A stretch of DNA of 64,000 bases from positions 1-64,000 of the IMG/VR virus record IMGVR_UViG_3300036826_000357; one strand, written 5' to 3'. Below the pieces are notes generated by a model. That model was not told the DNA's origin. It made no database searches and was given only the letters and a program-made list of their open reading frames with translations. Origin of the DNA: a virus. Positions 28,131 to 37,854 of the stretch are shown piece by piece. Position 1 is the first letter of the stretch. Each line of letters begins with the position of its first letter. Position numbers and translations under genes: made by a program.

Positions 28131-28423
28131 CGCATCCTCCTCACCTGCTGGACACGAGGCTGCGGGCGTGGTAGACGGGGCCTTAAGACACTGCCACGTC
28201 GCGACCCGCAGCCGCGACGAACCATCGCATAGCATAGAGCCTCGGTCTTGAAAAGGATCGGGGCTCTATGTGTTTCAGGGGTCGCTCGCTCAGCGGCAGA
28301 TCAGGTACTCCGTCAGGTACCGGCCCGCGACCATGCCAAGGTAGAAGAACACCCCGGCGATCTTCCACCACTCCGGCACTTCGCGTCGTGGTCGCGATTG
28401 CACCGTCCGGAGTCGACCGTTGT

Positions 28424-28618
28424 TCATCGGCGTCGGACGCTATCGGCAAGGATCAGCGTGAAGCCCATCGCCATCAGGATCGCACCAGCGATCAAGCGGC
28501 GCGTGGGTTCGGGCACCGCATCCATCGGAACGCTCCAGTTCAGCAGGATGCCGACAAGCATCGCCCCGACGCCGCAGGCAACTATCATAGACGATTTTTG
28601 GGCTAGGTTACTTGGCAT
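28424..28618 (-). CDS. Small membrane protein
   Basis: Two hydrophobic segments. Confidence 0.5.
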   Translation of the reverse strand: MPSNLAQKSSMIVACGVGAMLVGILLNWSVPMDAVPEPTRRLIAGAILMAMGFTLILADSVRRR

Positions 28619-28758
28619 CGGGCCGCGCGCCCCGCGTCGAGGGCGGTCTTAGCCATGGACGTACCATCCCAACGGCGTGGCAATCAGCCAGGCGACGCCC
28701 AGGATCAGGGCGCAGAAGATCACGAGGATCAGGATGCGGGCTCCGTCCAAGCCGTCCA

Positions 28759-29121
28759 TCACGTCTCCGCGCGCCCCGCATCGAGGGCAGCAATCAAGCC
28801 CTGCTCCCAGTCCTGGTATGGCGGGTCAGGGAAGTTCTCTCGCACTTCCTGCGCCGCTTTCGCCACACGTTCCAGCCACTCCCGCTCGCGTACCAGCGCG
28901 GCGATGTCGGGGGCGTCGAGCAGTGCGTCGAGTGAGTCGAGTACCTGAGCAGACCCACCGACCCGCGCGATCATGAACACGCGACGGATATACTCACGCG
29001 CATCGGATGCCACTTTCACCAACGCCGCGACGTGGGCTTCCAGCGCCGCGATGCGCTCTTGCTGCTCTTTCGTGCCGGGCGTGCGCCGATACTTTCCTGA
29101 CTGCATGCCTTCTGCCATCAC
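28759..29121 (-). CDS. Modular hypothetical protein 1
   Basis: LEAHVAAL...LDAPDIAALVR...ALDAGRAE. Confidence 0.7.
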   Translation of the reverse strand: MMAEGMQSGKYRRTPGTKEQQERIAALEAHVAALVKVASDAREYIRRVFMIARVGGSAQVLDSLDALLDAPDIAALVREREWLERVAKAAQEVRENFPDPPYQDWEQGLIAALDAGRAET

Positions 29122-29696
29122 TTCTCCGCGCGCCCCGCGTCGAGGGCTCGAAGGGCGTCAACCGCGTCGTCCAGCACGAAGTACCATTCTTGCGCTTCAG
29201 CCTCGCCTTTGGCGCGGTCAAATCCCGACTCGGCGCGGTCCTGAATCCGCTCCAGGGCCGCGATCACCCGCTGCTGTCGATGTATCAGCGCGGCGATGTC
29301 GGGAGCGTTGAGGAGGGCCTTGATTCGCAGACACCTGGGCCTCCGGTGACAGACCCCCTCGTTTCCGTCGTCGGTACACCAGCACAGACCAGTCGTCTGG
29401 AATTCTTGTGGGGCACAATCCTGGAGCGCCTGCGCCAACGCCGCCACGTGGGCCTCCAGTTGGTTGCACCGCTCTCGAAGCTGCTCTGCATCGGCTAGGG
29501 CACAACCCTCGATGTACTCGGCCCCCCTGTGCGCTTCCTGCGCCGCCGCAAGCTGCGTGCGGAGCGTGGCGCGCTCCTGCAGACCCCGCTGGAGATTCAG
29601 GCCCAACGCATACGAGCCACACGCAGGGCACGGCTCCACATCGGGTGGCGGGCTTCCGGTGTTCATCTCATCCAGCGGGCGCGGCATATCAGCCAT
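29118..29696 (-). CDS. Modular hypothetical protein 2
   Basis: LEAHVAAL...LNAPDIAALI...ALDAGRAEK. Confidence 0.7.
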   Translation of the reverse strand: MADMPRPLDEMNTGSPPPDVEPCPACGSYALGLNLQRGLQERATLRTQLAAAQEAHRGAEYIEGCALADAEQLRERCNQLEAHVAALAQALQDCAPQEFQTTGLCWCTDDGNEGVCHRRPRCLRIKALLNAPDIAALIHRQQRVIAALERIQDRAESGFDRAKGEAEAQEWYFVLDDAVDALRALDAGRAEK

Positions 29697-30247
29697 CACT
29701 TCTCCGCGCGCGGGAAATGCACCCAGCTTCCACCGTCTACGCCGCTGGGCGCTCGTGGACCGCCACATGCCGGACAGACTGGCCCGTCCGGCAATTGAGC
29801 ATCCGCACAACGCGGCTGCTCCGCGCGCCCCTTCGCGCGCTTGATGTAGGCGTCTCCCGTCGCGCGAATCTGTTCGGCGGTCGCGTGACTCTCGCAGCTT
29901 GGCTCCGAGCGCCCCGCGTCGAGGGCGGCAAGCTCTGTCAACGCCTCACGCAAGTACTTCATGTGGGCACGCGGGTTGCGCTGGTAGTGGTCGTGGTCTG
30001 CCCACTCCACATTGCGCGCCGCTCCCTCCACCTTCTCGACCGCTTCCTGCCGCCGCACCAGCGCGGCGATGTCGGGGGATTCGAGCAGAGCCTTAATACG
30101 CTCAAACGCGACCGTGCCGATGATTGCCCAGATGCGATGCTGCTCGTCCTCGCGATTGACCAATGCGCGCAGTTCCTGCGCCAACGCGGCGACGTGGGCC
30201 TCTAAGCTGGCTATGTACTGGTGTTCAGCGCGATAACTAGCCATCAC
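29696..30247 (-). CDS. Modular hypothetical protein 3
   Basis: LEAHVAAL...LESPDIAALVR...ALDAGRSE, CPAC. Confidence 0.7.
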   Translation of the reverse strand: MMASYRAEHQYIASLEAHVAALAQELRALVNREDEQHRIWAIIGTVAFERIKALLESPDIAALVRRQEAVEKVEGAARNVEWADHDHYQRNPRAHMKYLREALTELAALDAGRSEPSCESHATAEQIRATGDAYIKRAKGRAEQPRCADAQLPDGPVCPACGGPRAPSGVDGGSWVHFPRAEK

Positions 30248-30666
30248 TTCTCCGGAATGAACGGCAGACGCGGTGGGGCCAACTTCAACTGTGCTGCCTC
30301 CAGCCGCTTGATTTCGGCCTGCGCCTCCGCAAGCTGCGCCTGGCTTTCCAGATAAAGCCGCGTGCGGAGCGTGACATCCTTCTCCGTCTCCGCAAGCTGC
30401 GTGCGGAGGGTCTCAATTGTTTCCCCCGCCGCTGCCTCCCACTTCACGTTATGGCCTATATCGAGTCGAAGCTGCTCGTTCTCCCGCTGCGCCGCCGCAA
30501 GCTCAGCCTTCACCTTCACGAACAGATCGGCCAGTTCATTGTCGGCCTCGATCCGTTCTCCAAGCTCCCGTTGGGTATTCGTCAGCTGTGTGCGCAGGGC
30601 GCGATACTCATCGAGCAGCCCTGCCCGGGAAAGCAGCCCTGCCTGGTCATCGCTCAGGAGACTCAT
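30244..30666 (-). CDS. Coiled-coil hypothetical protein
   Basis: LRTQLA repeats shared with 29118-29696. Confidence 0.6.
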   Translation of the reverse strand: MSLLSDDQAGLLSRAGLLDEYRALRTQLTNTQRELGERIEADNELADLFVKVKAELAAAQRENEQLRLDIGHNVKWEAAAGETIETLRTQLAETEKDVTLRTRLYLESQAQLAEAQAEIKRLEAAQLKLAPPRLPFIPEK

Positions 30667-30873
30667 CGGCTCCTCCATTTCGGCGCGACCGCGCGCAGCA
30701 GCTTCCACCACCACGGCTCCGGTTCCGGCGTCCGTCCGAACGCACGCCGGGTGATAATCTCCTCGATGGCCTCGCAGAGCGGACAGCCTGCTACCGGCTT
30801 GTACGGATCAGGGTCCAGCCGGGGATGATTGTGCTCCAGCGGTTCGAGAACAATGGTCGGATCGGTCATAGCT

Positions 30874-31095
30874 TCACCCCGCGCTTCCTCCGGATACCGG
30901 TGATGGTCCCTTCGGGGCATGTCCCAGATGCCAAAAGCCGCAGAAGCCGCACCGATACGCATGCAGCCGCGTCTTCCCACGTTCCGTTAAGCCGTACTGC
31001 TGGCGCTGCTGCCGCGCACGATCCTTTGCTTCCCGCCCACTCGTGAACACGCGCTTGCCATCACAGCCGGATTCCCGTGTGCCGATCTTCCGCAC
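30874..31095 (-). CDS. Small phage Zn-finger protein
   Basis: CDGK.F...AYRCGFCGFWHLGH. Confidence 0.7.
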   Translation of the reverse strand: MRKIGTRESGCDGKRVFTSGREAKDRARQQRQQYGLTERGKTRLHAYRCGFCGFWHLGHAPKGPSPVSGGSAG

Positions 31096-31268
31096 TCACC
31101 CTCGTTTCTCCAGCCGCTTCGCGAGCCGGGTCCGTTCCTCCACTGCCGCGCAGCCGAGCAGATCGAGTCGCCGGAGTTGTCCCAGATCGCCGCGTTGCCG
31201 GCGCAGATCTGTCCGATGCCTCGCCTCTGCCTGCCGCTGCTGCCGGCGGCGCTCGAAGTTGGCCCGCT

Positions 31269-31652
31269 TCATGCGGCCGTCTTCTGCGCTTGCTTCACCA
31301 GTGCGAGCACCTGCCGGTGTGTGCGACCCGGTGCATCGTTGTAGTGCACCGCATCGCCAATTTCTGCCGGCTTGTCGGGGGAGACCGCATCGAGTGCATC
31401 GAGCAGCCCGAAGTGGATCCGCGACGACAGATCCAGTTCGCAGGCCACACGCCCCACGGCACCGACCACGCAAAAGCAGACGGCATCTGGGACACACGGA
31501 TCCGGAAGGGCCGTCCCATCGGCCAACCGTGCGGATGCCCTCTGCGTCCACCGATCCTTCGGCCTCAACAAGTCCAGCAACGCCTGGAATGCTCCAGCCA
31601 GCGTCTTCGGATACTTCTTCGTCAGCAACCGATCCTTCTTCAACAGTTTCAT
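31269..31652 (-). CDS. DUF6197-like protein
   Basis: WTQ...CFCVVGAV...YNDAPGRTHRQVLAL. Confidence 0.65.
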   Translation of the reverse strand: MKLLKKDRLLTKKYPKTLAGAFQALLDLLRPKDRWTQRASARLADGTALPDPCVPDAVCFCVVGAVGRVACELDLSSRIHFGLLDALDAVSPDKPAEIGDAVHYNDAPGRTHRQVLALVKQAQKTAA

Positions 31653-32070
31653 ATGCGTCGATATCGACTGAGCCGGAATTGCTCTGTCGGATTTCCTTTC
31701 TGCATCGCGTCTAAGAGTGTCGATGCGGTGGTGTCGTCATCGTGATAGATCATCAGATGCGGCATCCACGACCCGTCTCGTTCTTGGATTTCGATGACGG
31801 GTATTTCCACGATGGTCTGTTCGCAGAGTGGGCAGCGTTTCGGATGTGGGAACGGGACGAGCTTCCCCATCACAGCACCGGCTCCTTCGTGCAGGCATCG
31901 TCGGTACAACCGGCCAATCGACACGGCAGACACCGATCCCCTTCCCAGAGGTAGCGGGTATTCGTACATCGCGCGCAGGGACAGCCGACCACATCGCGGA
32001 GCTTCGATGGTACCCAATAGCCGCGAAGCCGCAGATATCCGATCCGCTGCTCCTCGTCGGACATGAGCAT

Positions 32071-32506
32071 TTATGTGCCCACCTTCGGGTTGTCGCAGTC
32101 TTCCGGCGGCAGTAACGGCTCAATGGGAATCCTGAATCGCATCGTTTGCCCGGGATACAACGTCATCCCCTCATGATACGGCACGTAGGCTGGGTAATCG
32201 CCGTAGATCGGATGATGAATGATCCCATCGGCGTCTGGTTGCAGATCGGGGAGCAGGATATGCAGAAATCCCCAGACCAGCGTTCCCGCCAGCAGGAGCA
32301 CCGCGATGCCACGGAGCACCCAAGCGCGATGGATCGGCCGCGAGCGCGTGTACTGCCACCAGCCATGAACAAACCCGAAGAGGTTACAGGCGAGCGCGCC
32401 AAGTTGGACGGCGAGTCCCCACGGCGAGTCCACCTGGTACATGAGCCAGGCGAGATACACGAACACCGGGACCAACACGCCATTGACGATCCAGGGATAC
32501 GCCATC
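32071..32506 (-). CDS. Membrane protein (3 TM)
   Basis: Hydrophobic segments; start uncertain. Confidence 0.55.
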
Positions 32507-32742
32507 ACTCCGCTCTCCACTCGATGCGCTCGCTGGTACCGTCCGCGCAGAGCGTCTCGTAGATCGTCTTCCCGTTCGTGTGTGCCGACATTCGCCATGA
32601 GCACCCATCCGGTAGCTCGCCGCAGTAGTTCCGATGGTCGGCAATCGGCGGCAGGCCGGTCAGGTGCTGCACGTCCACGTCCGCGCGGTCGCCACAGCTC
32701 ACCAGCACGCAGAGCACCGCGATCACCACGCGGTGTGCACGG

Positions 32743-33015
32743 TCACTCAGTGTCCTCATCAGCCTTTCGCAGCCGCTCCACGGCCCGTGCGGCCCGCCCA
32801 CGGCGTCGATGCCCCGCCCAGAGCGATTCGCTGACCATGAGTGACGCGGCGATGCCGACCGGGAGCCAGATCTTAAACAGCAGTCCAGCCCACCACAGCA
32901 TGAAAAAGATGCCGGCTAAGATGACAGCATTGAATGCGTAGAGCAGAATCGCGCCGGAGAATGTCTTCCCGTACACACCCTGTTCGAGCAGATCGGCCAG
33001 CAACTTTCGCCTCAT
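32743..33015 (-). CDS. Membrane protein (2 TM)
   Basis: Hydrophobic segments; follows tRNA. Confidence 0.55.
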   Translation of the reverse strand: MRRKLLADLLEQGVYGKTFSGAILLYAFNAVILAGIFFMLWWAGLLFKIWLPVGIAASLMVSESLWAGHRRRGRAARAVERLRKADEDTE

Positions 33016-33040
33016 CGAGTCATTACTTCCTTGTGTTGAG

Positions 33041-33113
33041 AGCCGGCTGGCGGAATCGAACCGCCGACTTGCTGATTACGAATCAGCTACTCTGCCGTCT
33101 GAGTTAAGCCGGC
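33041..33113 (-). tRNA. tRNA-Thr (CGT)
   Basis: GCCGGCT acceptor, AACTCAG D-arm, CTGATT-CGT-AATCAG anticodon arm, GGCGG-TTCGATT-CCGCC T-arm; no encoded CCA. Confidence 0.93.
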
Positions 33114-33601
33114 GCATCAGACTTCACGATCAATGGGAATCCCTCGAATTCGGCCGGATCATGTACGCCGTTCGCGTAGGTCGGACTGACAATCAGCACC
33201 AGCGTCGCCTGTCCTTCGTGGATGGTCACGCCGGACATCCTGAACCACGGCTCCAAATGATACCGCTGATACAGCCGCGCATGTGCCATCATGATCTTCA
33301 AATCCGTCATCATGCTTTCCGCTCCGTGGAGAAACGCTGCCATGTTCTCGATCCCCGTCTGTGCCTTCTGCACGTCTGCATCGCGCTCGCGGACCAGTGC
33401 CCGTAACGCGCGATTGTCGATTTCCAGATCGTCCAGCCGCTGCCGGGTCATGTCGGCTGCCAGTGCTTCCCCGAGAATCTGGCGGAGGTAGAAACTGGCC
33501 TCGTCCTTTTTCCGGCCATGCGGGATGGCGTTCTCCAGGTAGGACTGAATCTCGTCATGCATCCGGAGCAGACGATCGGCCTCAGTCGGAACTGGCATCA
33601 T
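33104..33601 (-). CDS. Hypothetical protein
   Basis: Coupled to PadR gene; stop overlaps tRNA 5' end. Confidence 0.65.
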   Translation of the reverse strand: MMPVPTEADRLLRMHDEIQSYLENAIPHGRKKDEASFYLRQILGEALAADMTRQRLDDLEIDNRALRALVRERDADVQKAQTGIENMAAFLHGAESMMTDLKIMMAHARLYQRYHLEPWFRMSGVTIHEGQATLVLIVSPTYANGVHDPAEFEGFPLIVKSDAPA

Positions 33602-34200
33602 CAGCGCTTGTCCTCCGGCGGCGGATAGGGAAATGGCCAGGAATACAAGTCCTCGTCCGGCCGGTGATTCGACGGCTCAGCCTCTGCCGATGCGATCACG
33701 CCGTAGTCTTTGATCGGCTCGTCGTCGTCTTCCTCGTCGCCCATGGTATTCGGCGCTCGCGATACGATCGTCCGGAGAATGGTCGGTGTCGCTTTCGGAC
33801 GCGGTAAGACCACCACACTCTCCTGCACCACGCCCTGCCACATTAGGTCGAAGTACCCTTTGGTCTCCTCCAGCGCTGCCGTGCCAGACGGTGTGATCCG
33901 ATACAGGGAGAGCTTATCCCCGCGTCCCTGGACTCGCTCCTCCGGCTGCACGCGCCGCGAGCCGATGCGCACGAAGCCTTCCTCAGCAAGCGAGCGCAGT
34001 ACCTTGTAGACTGACACGACGACACACCCATGGAGCCGCCGCGTATTGACTTCTCGCGTTACCTCCTCGGCCGTTCCTTTCTGCAACCTGGACAGGGCAC
34101 ACAGCACATCCAGGCGCAGAAAGTGACGGGACGGAACCAGCCGGCCCGCCAGGGAATCATCGGCATCAACAGTCACAGCCGCTGCTCCTTTCCACCCCAT
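33601..34200 (-). CDS. PadR-family winged-helix regulator
   Basis: SVYKVLRSLAEEGFV...YRITPSGTAALEE. Confidence 0.7.
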   Translation of the reverse strand: MGWKGAAAVTVDADDSLAGRLVPSRHFLRLDVLCALSRLQKGTAEEVTREVNTRRLHGCVVVSVYKVLRSLAEEGFVRIGSRRVQPEERVQGRGDKLSLYRITPSGTAALEETKGYFDLMWQGVVQESVVVLPRPKATPTILRTIVSRAPNTMGDEEDDDEPIKDYGVIASAEAEPSNHRPDEDLYSWPFPYPPPEDKR

Positions 34201-34201
34201 C

Positions 34202-35107
34202 TTACTCCGTCAGCGTGATGCCTGCCTTCCCCGCCTTCACACTGGCCTCGAACCGAGCCTGCCAGTCGAGAGTCGACCGCTCGACTCGCTTGAGTGCCCG
34301 CAGCGCTTCCTCGAACAGGAGCCGCCCGATGCCCTCATTCAGTTCTCCGTCCTCCACCGCTTCGATCACCTTCTTGAAGCGCTGGACGTTCTTCTGCGTC
34401 AGGACGCGGCACTGCATCGCCGTATCCTTCTTCCAGAACGTGAACTTCGTTTCGGCAGACTTGTCTGTCTTCTTGCCACGAAGCTCGTCACGGAGTGTCT
34501 GCTCCTTGACGGTGAACTCCCGCGCCGCGCGCGGCACGGTGTACTTGTGATCCGTCACCGCCAGGACGGCCTTGCGGAGCCGAACCTTTGCCTCCTTCGA
34601 GGCGATGTCGTTCAGGTACCGGCGCACGATCGGACGCGCCAGAATCATCGATCCGAACAGATCCTTCTGATCGAGCAGGTCCATGATGCGCTTCGGGGTC
34701 AGCCCCTGCGCCTGGAGGAGCCGGATAGTGTGCTCGAAATCGTCGCTGGTGGGCGGCAGTGCCCCACCCGTGTTGGCGCGGAGCGCGTACACGATCATGT
34801 CTTCGGTGGAATCGAATTCCTTGACGATGCACTCGGTCTCGATGTACTGCCCCTTGTGCAGATCGGCGAGCACTTCCAGCCCGCCCTTGCGGTGCCGGCC
34901 ATCCACGGTCTCGAAGTGAATTCCGTCCTCGTCCTCGACTTCTGCAACTTCGATCGGCGGGACGGGGATCCCGTTCTCGTACAGTTCTGCGAACATCTGC
35001 ATGCGGTCGTCGTCAGGCTTCACCCGCACGTAGAATGTCGTACGCAGATCAGCGACCTTGACGGTAACATGCCGATCCGCAGACCGCTTCTTGGCTGCTT
35101 CGGCCAT
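34202..35107 (-). CDS. ParB/Srx-like N-domain protein with HTH
   Basis: R...PPIEV...VDGRHR...ALRAN; C-terminal VPRAAREFTVKEQTLRD HTH; GAGGA RBS; TTGACA-16-TACTCT upstream. Confidence 0.75.
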   Translation of the reverse strand: MAEAAKKRSADRHVTVKVADLRTTFYVRVKPDDDRMQMFAELYENGIPVPPIEVAEVEDEDGIHFETVDGRHRKGGLEVLADLHKGQYIETECIVKEFDSTEDMIVYALRANTGGALPPTSDDFEHTIRLLQAQGLTPKRIMDLLDQKDLFGSMILARPIVRRYLNDIASKEAKVRLRKAVLAVTDHKYTVPRAAREFTVKEQTLRDELRGKKTDKSAETKFTFWKKDTAMQCRVLTQKNVQRFKKVIEAVEDGELNEGIGRLLFEEALRALKRVERSTLDWQARFEASVKAGKAGITLTE

Positions 35108-35169
35108 AAATCTATCCTCTACTTTCTGTCCCATTTGGTTTTTGGTTTTTGGGGACGGGTCCAGAGTAG

Positions 35170-35388
35170 TCACCCTTTCCCTTTTGTCAATCCCCCTGGG
35201 ATGGACACTCCGGTGGGATCGAGCATCGGACTGTAGCCGTTGTCGATGCGAATGCTCATTCCACCCATGACAAGCGCATGGTTCTTGCCCATCACCTGAG
35301 CAAGATACTGCTGAGACCATCCACGGGCCTCAAGCTCCTCCCGAATCAACTGACCCGGCGGGTACGCTTCAACTTCGAGAATCCCCAT
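35170..35388 (-). CDS. HigA-like XRE HTH protein, short/truncated
   Basis: PPGQLIREELEARGWSQQYLAQVMG. Confidence 0.6.
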   Translation of the reverse strand: MGILEVEAYPPGQLIREELEARGWSQQYLAQVMGKNHALVMGGMSIRIDNGYSPMLDPTGVSIPGGLTKGKG

Positions 35389-35393
35389 GTCAG

Positions 35394-35816
35394 TTACTGC
35401 GGGATCGTGACCCAGCCAGCCGGGGTCCGCGTGAACAGCTTCGGACGCCAGGTCAGGGTGTTGGCCACGATCGTCGTGGTCAGATTGCACTGCCCGGCAA
35501 TCACACTCGGCCACGCCGGCTCGATGTCCTTGAGCGTGTCGTAGACAAGTTGCGCTCGCGCGATACTCTGCGTCTTGGTGATCGGGACGCCACGCTTCCC
35601 CTGCCAGCACTCGGTCTCCGTCTGCTTGGCCCGCTTCGCCCGCTCGAACTCCACATCGAGCACCGGCAGAAGCTCGTCCCGACACTGCGGACAGAGATAG
35701 GCCGTCGCGGGCTCGCTATGCCCGTTCTGGCCAAGCTCGCGGAGTGTCACCGCGTAGCGCACCAGCCGCCGATGCTTCTGGCATCGCAGCGGGATCAGTT
35801 GTTGGTTCACATTCAT
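35394..35816 (-). CDS. Hypothetical Zn-finger protein
   Basis: CQKH...LCPQC. Confidence 0.55.
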   Translation of the reverse strand: MNVNQQLIPLRCQKHRRLVRYAVTLRELGQNGHSEPATAYLCPQCRDELLPVLDVEFERAKRAKQTETECWQGKRGVPITKTQSIARAQLVYDTLKDIEPAWPSVIAGQCNLTTTIVANTLTWRPKLFTRTPAGWVTIPQ

Positions 35817-36049
35817 TCTCCTTCTGTTTCTTCGAGTTGCCGAATCGTCACTTCGATGCGGTCAACATGTCTCCCCCACCATCTGCGCACGTACAGGCTC
35901 CCAAGCAACCCTTTCATGGTGGAGTCGACTTCGCGGTAGACCACGGATTGCTTCGTGCCGTGGCTTCTGACCAGCACGCGGACGGCCAGCGCACCGGGGA
36001 CTTCTCGGGATCGCGCCACAAGACCAAGCCCCCTTTCCGAATGGGAAAA

Positions 36050-36646
36050 TCACTTCGGAGCGAGTTTCTTCGCCACCTTCCTGGCCACCGACTCCGGAAC
36101 GGCCTGCGCCGGCAGCTTGAGCGGTTTGAGCTTCGGCTTGTACCGCATCCAGGGACCAATCCCCTGCGTCTGCACCTGTCCATGGGACCGCAGCCAGGCG
36201 AGGACACGCTGCGACGTATGCGTCCGCGTCTTCGAGACTTCCTGAATCTGTGACCGGGTCACCCACCGATCGCCAAGCTTCTCCAAGGCAGCCAGAATCT
36301 TTGCCTCGATCGGCGCGTAATGCGCCTGGTTGTAGCGGTGCAGATCGTAGCCGCGACTCCGGGGCAGACTCACTGCCACCGGAGCCATCGCCAGCAACCG
36401 CGCCGGCCGGCGCATCTTGAGCAGATGCTCATCATCGCCGAATGCCGGGACGCCTTTGAGCCCGTTCTCCCGCGTCAGCCCAAACAGCCGGTCGGCACGG
36501 TCAAGACACTTCCGACACAGATCACGAACCAGGGGTTTCCCGTTCGCGTCGATTACCGGCTTCCCGTGTTCATCGAACACCGCTCGCTGCCCAACTGCCG
36601 GCACTGCGCCGACATGCCAATCACACGCAATAATATCAACTTTCAC
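36050..36646 (-). CDS. Lsr2-like Zn motif plus wHTH hypothetical protein
   Basis: ACD...DLCRKC; C-terminal HTH-like. Confidence 0.45.
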   Translation of the reverse strand: MKVDIIACDWHVGAVPAVGQRAVFDEHGKPVIDANGKPLVRDLCRKCLDRADRLFGLTRENGLKGVPAFGDDEHLLKMRRPARLLAMAPVAVSLPRSRGYDLHRYNQAHYAPIEAKILAALEKLGDRWVTRSQIQEVSKTRTHTSQRVLAWLRSHGQVQTQGIGPWMRYKPKLKPLKLPAQAVPESVARKVAKKLAPK

Positions 36647-36655
36647 TGGTAACGA

Positions 36656-36973
36656 TTACCCTCCAGCCGCCCGCTTCAAGCGGACGACGCCTTTCTCTTT
36701 TGCTTTCACTTTCACAGGTTTCCGCGCCGCCAGGATACTCATCCGCGCGTCGGCACGGGAATCAGTCGCGGCGAGATACGCGCGGTAGCCCTCGGAGCGC
36801 CGGTAGGTACGCGGGCGTAATCGCCGGCCGGTGCCGGACCAATACAGCCACGCGTCGCCGTCACAGACGGGACAGTGCACCGCGACCCGAAACTGATTCG
36901 GGCCAATTTCCTCGGTCGCGCCTTCCTTCGCCCACGCGTGATTCGCACCAAAACACCACTCGTAATTCGGCAT
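36656..36973 (-). CDS. Hypothetical protein
   Basis: C...H...HCPVC. Confidence 0.6.
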   Translation of the reverse strand: MPNYEWCFGANHAWAKEGATEEIGPNQFRVAVHCPVCDGDAWLYWSGTGRRLRPRTYRRSEGYRAYLAATDSRADARMSILAARKPVKVKAKEKGVVRLKRAAGG

Positions 36974-36997
36974 CAGTTCTGGTCGACTCCCTTTCTC

Positions 36998-37381
36998 CTA
37001 GGGACTGTACTCACAGGCGATATCAAGAAACTCGTCTTCATCCGTTTCAAGTAAGAGCTTCAGCGCCAGCATGTTGTCTCCAGCGGGTGGATGTCGCCGC
37101 ACGGCGATCCCGTAATACTGATCGGGTACCCGCGTGTGCGGATGCAACCGTGCAACGACTCCACTCCACCAGATGTTGTAGAGATTCCCGTGTTGCGATC
37201 GGATGGTGACGTACATGACACGCTCGTACTGTCGTGCTTGCCGTGGCGTCAGATAGCTCAGGAGCAATCGCTCCGCGCGAGCTTCGGCTTCGGATCGAGG
37301 CATCAGTGCGATACGCTTCTCGATGGCGGAATCCGGGAAGAGCCACTGTCGGAGCCAGCGTCGAAGCCGCCACAGCACCAT
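36998..37381 (-). CDS. Conserved hypothetical protein, partner paralog B
   Basis: LLLSYLTPRQ...PAGDNMLALKLLLETDEDEFLDIA. Confidence 0.75.
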   Translation of the reverse strand: MVLWRLRRWLRQWLFPDSAIEKRIALMPRSEAEARAERLLLSYLTPRQARQYERVMYVTIRSQHGNLYNIWWSGVVARLHPHTRVPDQYYGIAVRRHPPAGDNMLALKLLLETDEDEFLDIACEYSP

Positions 37382-37383
37382 GG

Positions 37384-37854
37384 TCAGATCTTCACCCCCA
37401 TATATCGTGCCGTCGCGAAAAACGCGGGCTCGTTCGTCTCCAGCAGTAACTTCACTGCCAGCATGCGATCCCCGTACGGGGGCGCTCCATCAGGATGGAT
37501 ACAGTACCGCACGCGCTGCGGCTGTTTCCCCTTGACCGGCTTCAGATGCTCCGTCCACGTATGCCGGACGCGGAACTTCCCACCCCGCGAGCCGGTGACT
37601 GCGAATTCCCCGTGCGCTTTGAGTGACCGCTTCTGTGCCGGCGTCAGATAGGACACCAGTAGCTGCCATGCGCGATCCGACTCCGCCGACAGTTTGGCCT
37701 GGTACTCTTGCCACCACGCTTCATTGACCGGTTGATAATAGGTGCGTGGCGCGGCGATCAGCCGGTCCTGCTCGACGGTGATGGTGAAGTCAATGAACGG
37801 ATCCCGGTCGAATCGGAACTCCAGCACACCGTCACCAGTTCGGATTCGCGCCAT
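37384..37854 (-). CDS. Conserved hypothetical protein, partner paralog A
   Basis: LLVSYLTPAQ...YCIHP...PYGDRMLAVKLLLETNEPAFFATA. Confidence 0.75.
   Translation of the reverse strand: MARIRTGDGVLEFRFDRDPFIDFTITVEQDRLIAAPRTYYQPVNEAWWQEYQAKLSAESDRAWQLLVSYLTPAQKRSLKAHGEFAVTGSRGGKFRVRHTWTEHLKPVKGKQPQRVRYCIHPDGAPPYGDRMLAVKLLLETNEPAFFATARYMGVKI

Larger units (their letters stand above)
28622..30256 (-). repeat. Dispersed gene-boundary repeats GCCCTCGACGCGGGGCGCGCGGAGAAGTGATG and internal AHVAAL/PDIAAL blocks
   Basis: Full or partial copies near 28622, 28757, 29113, 29691, 29903, 30240. Confidence 0.8.

Noticed and set aside
28622-30256. CRISPR array or integron attC sites
   Set aside because: Repeats are coding, irregularly spaced and not attC-like; no integrase
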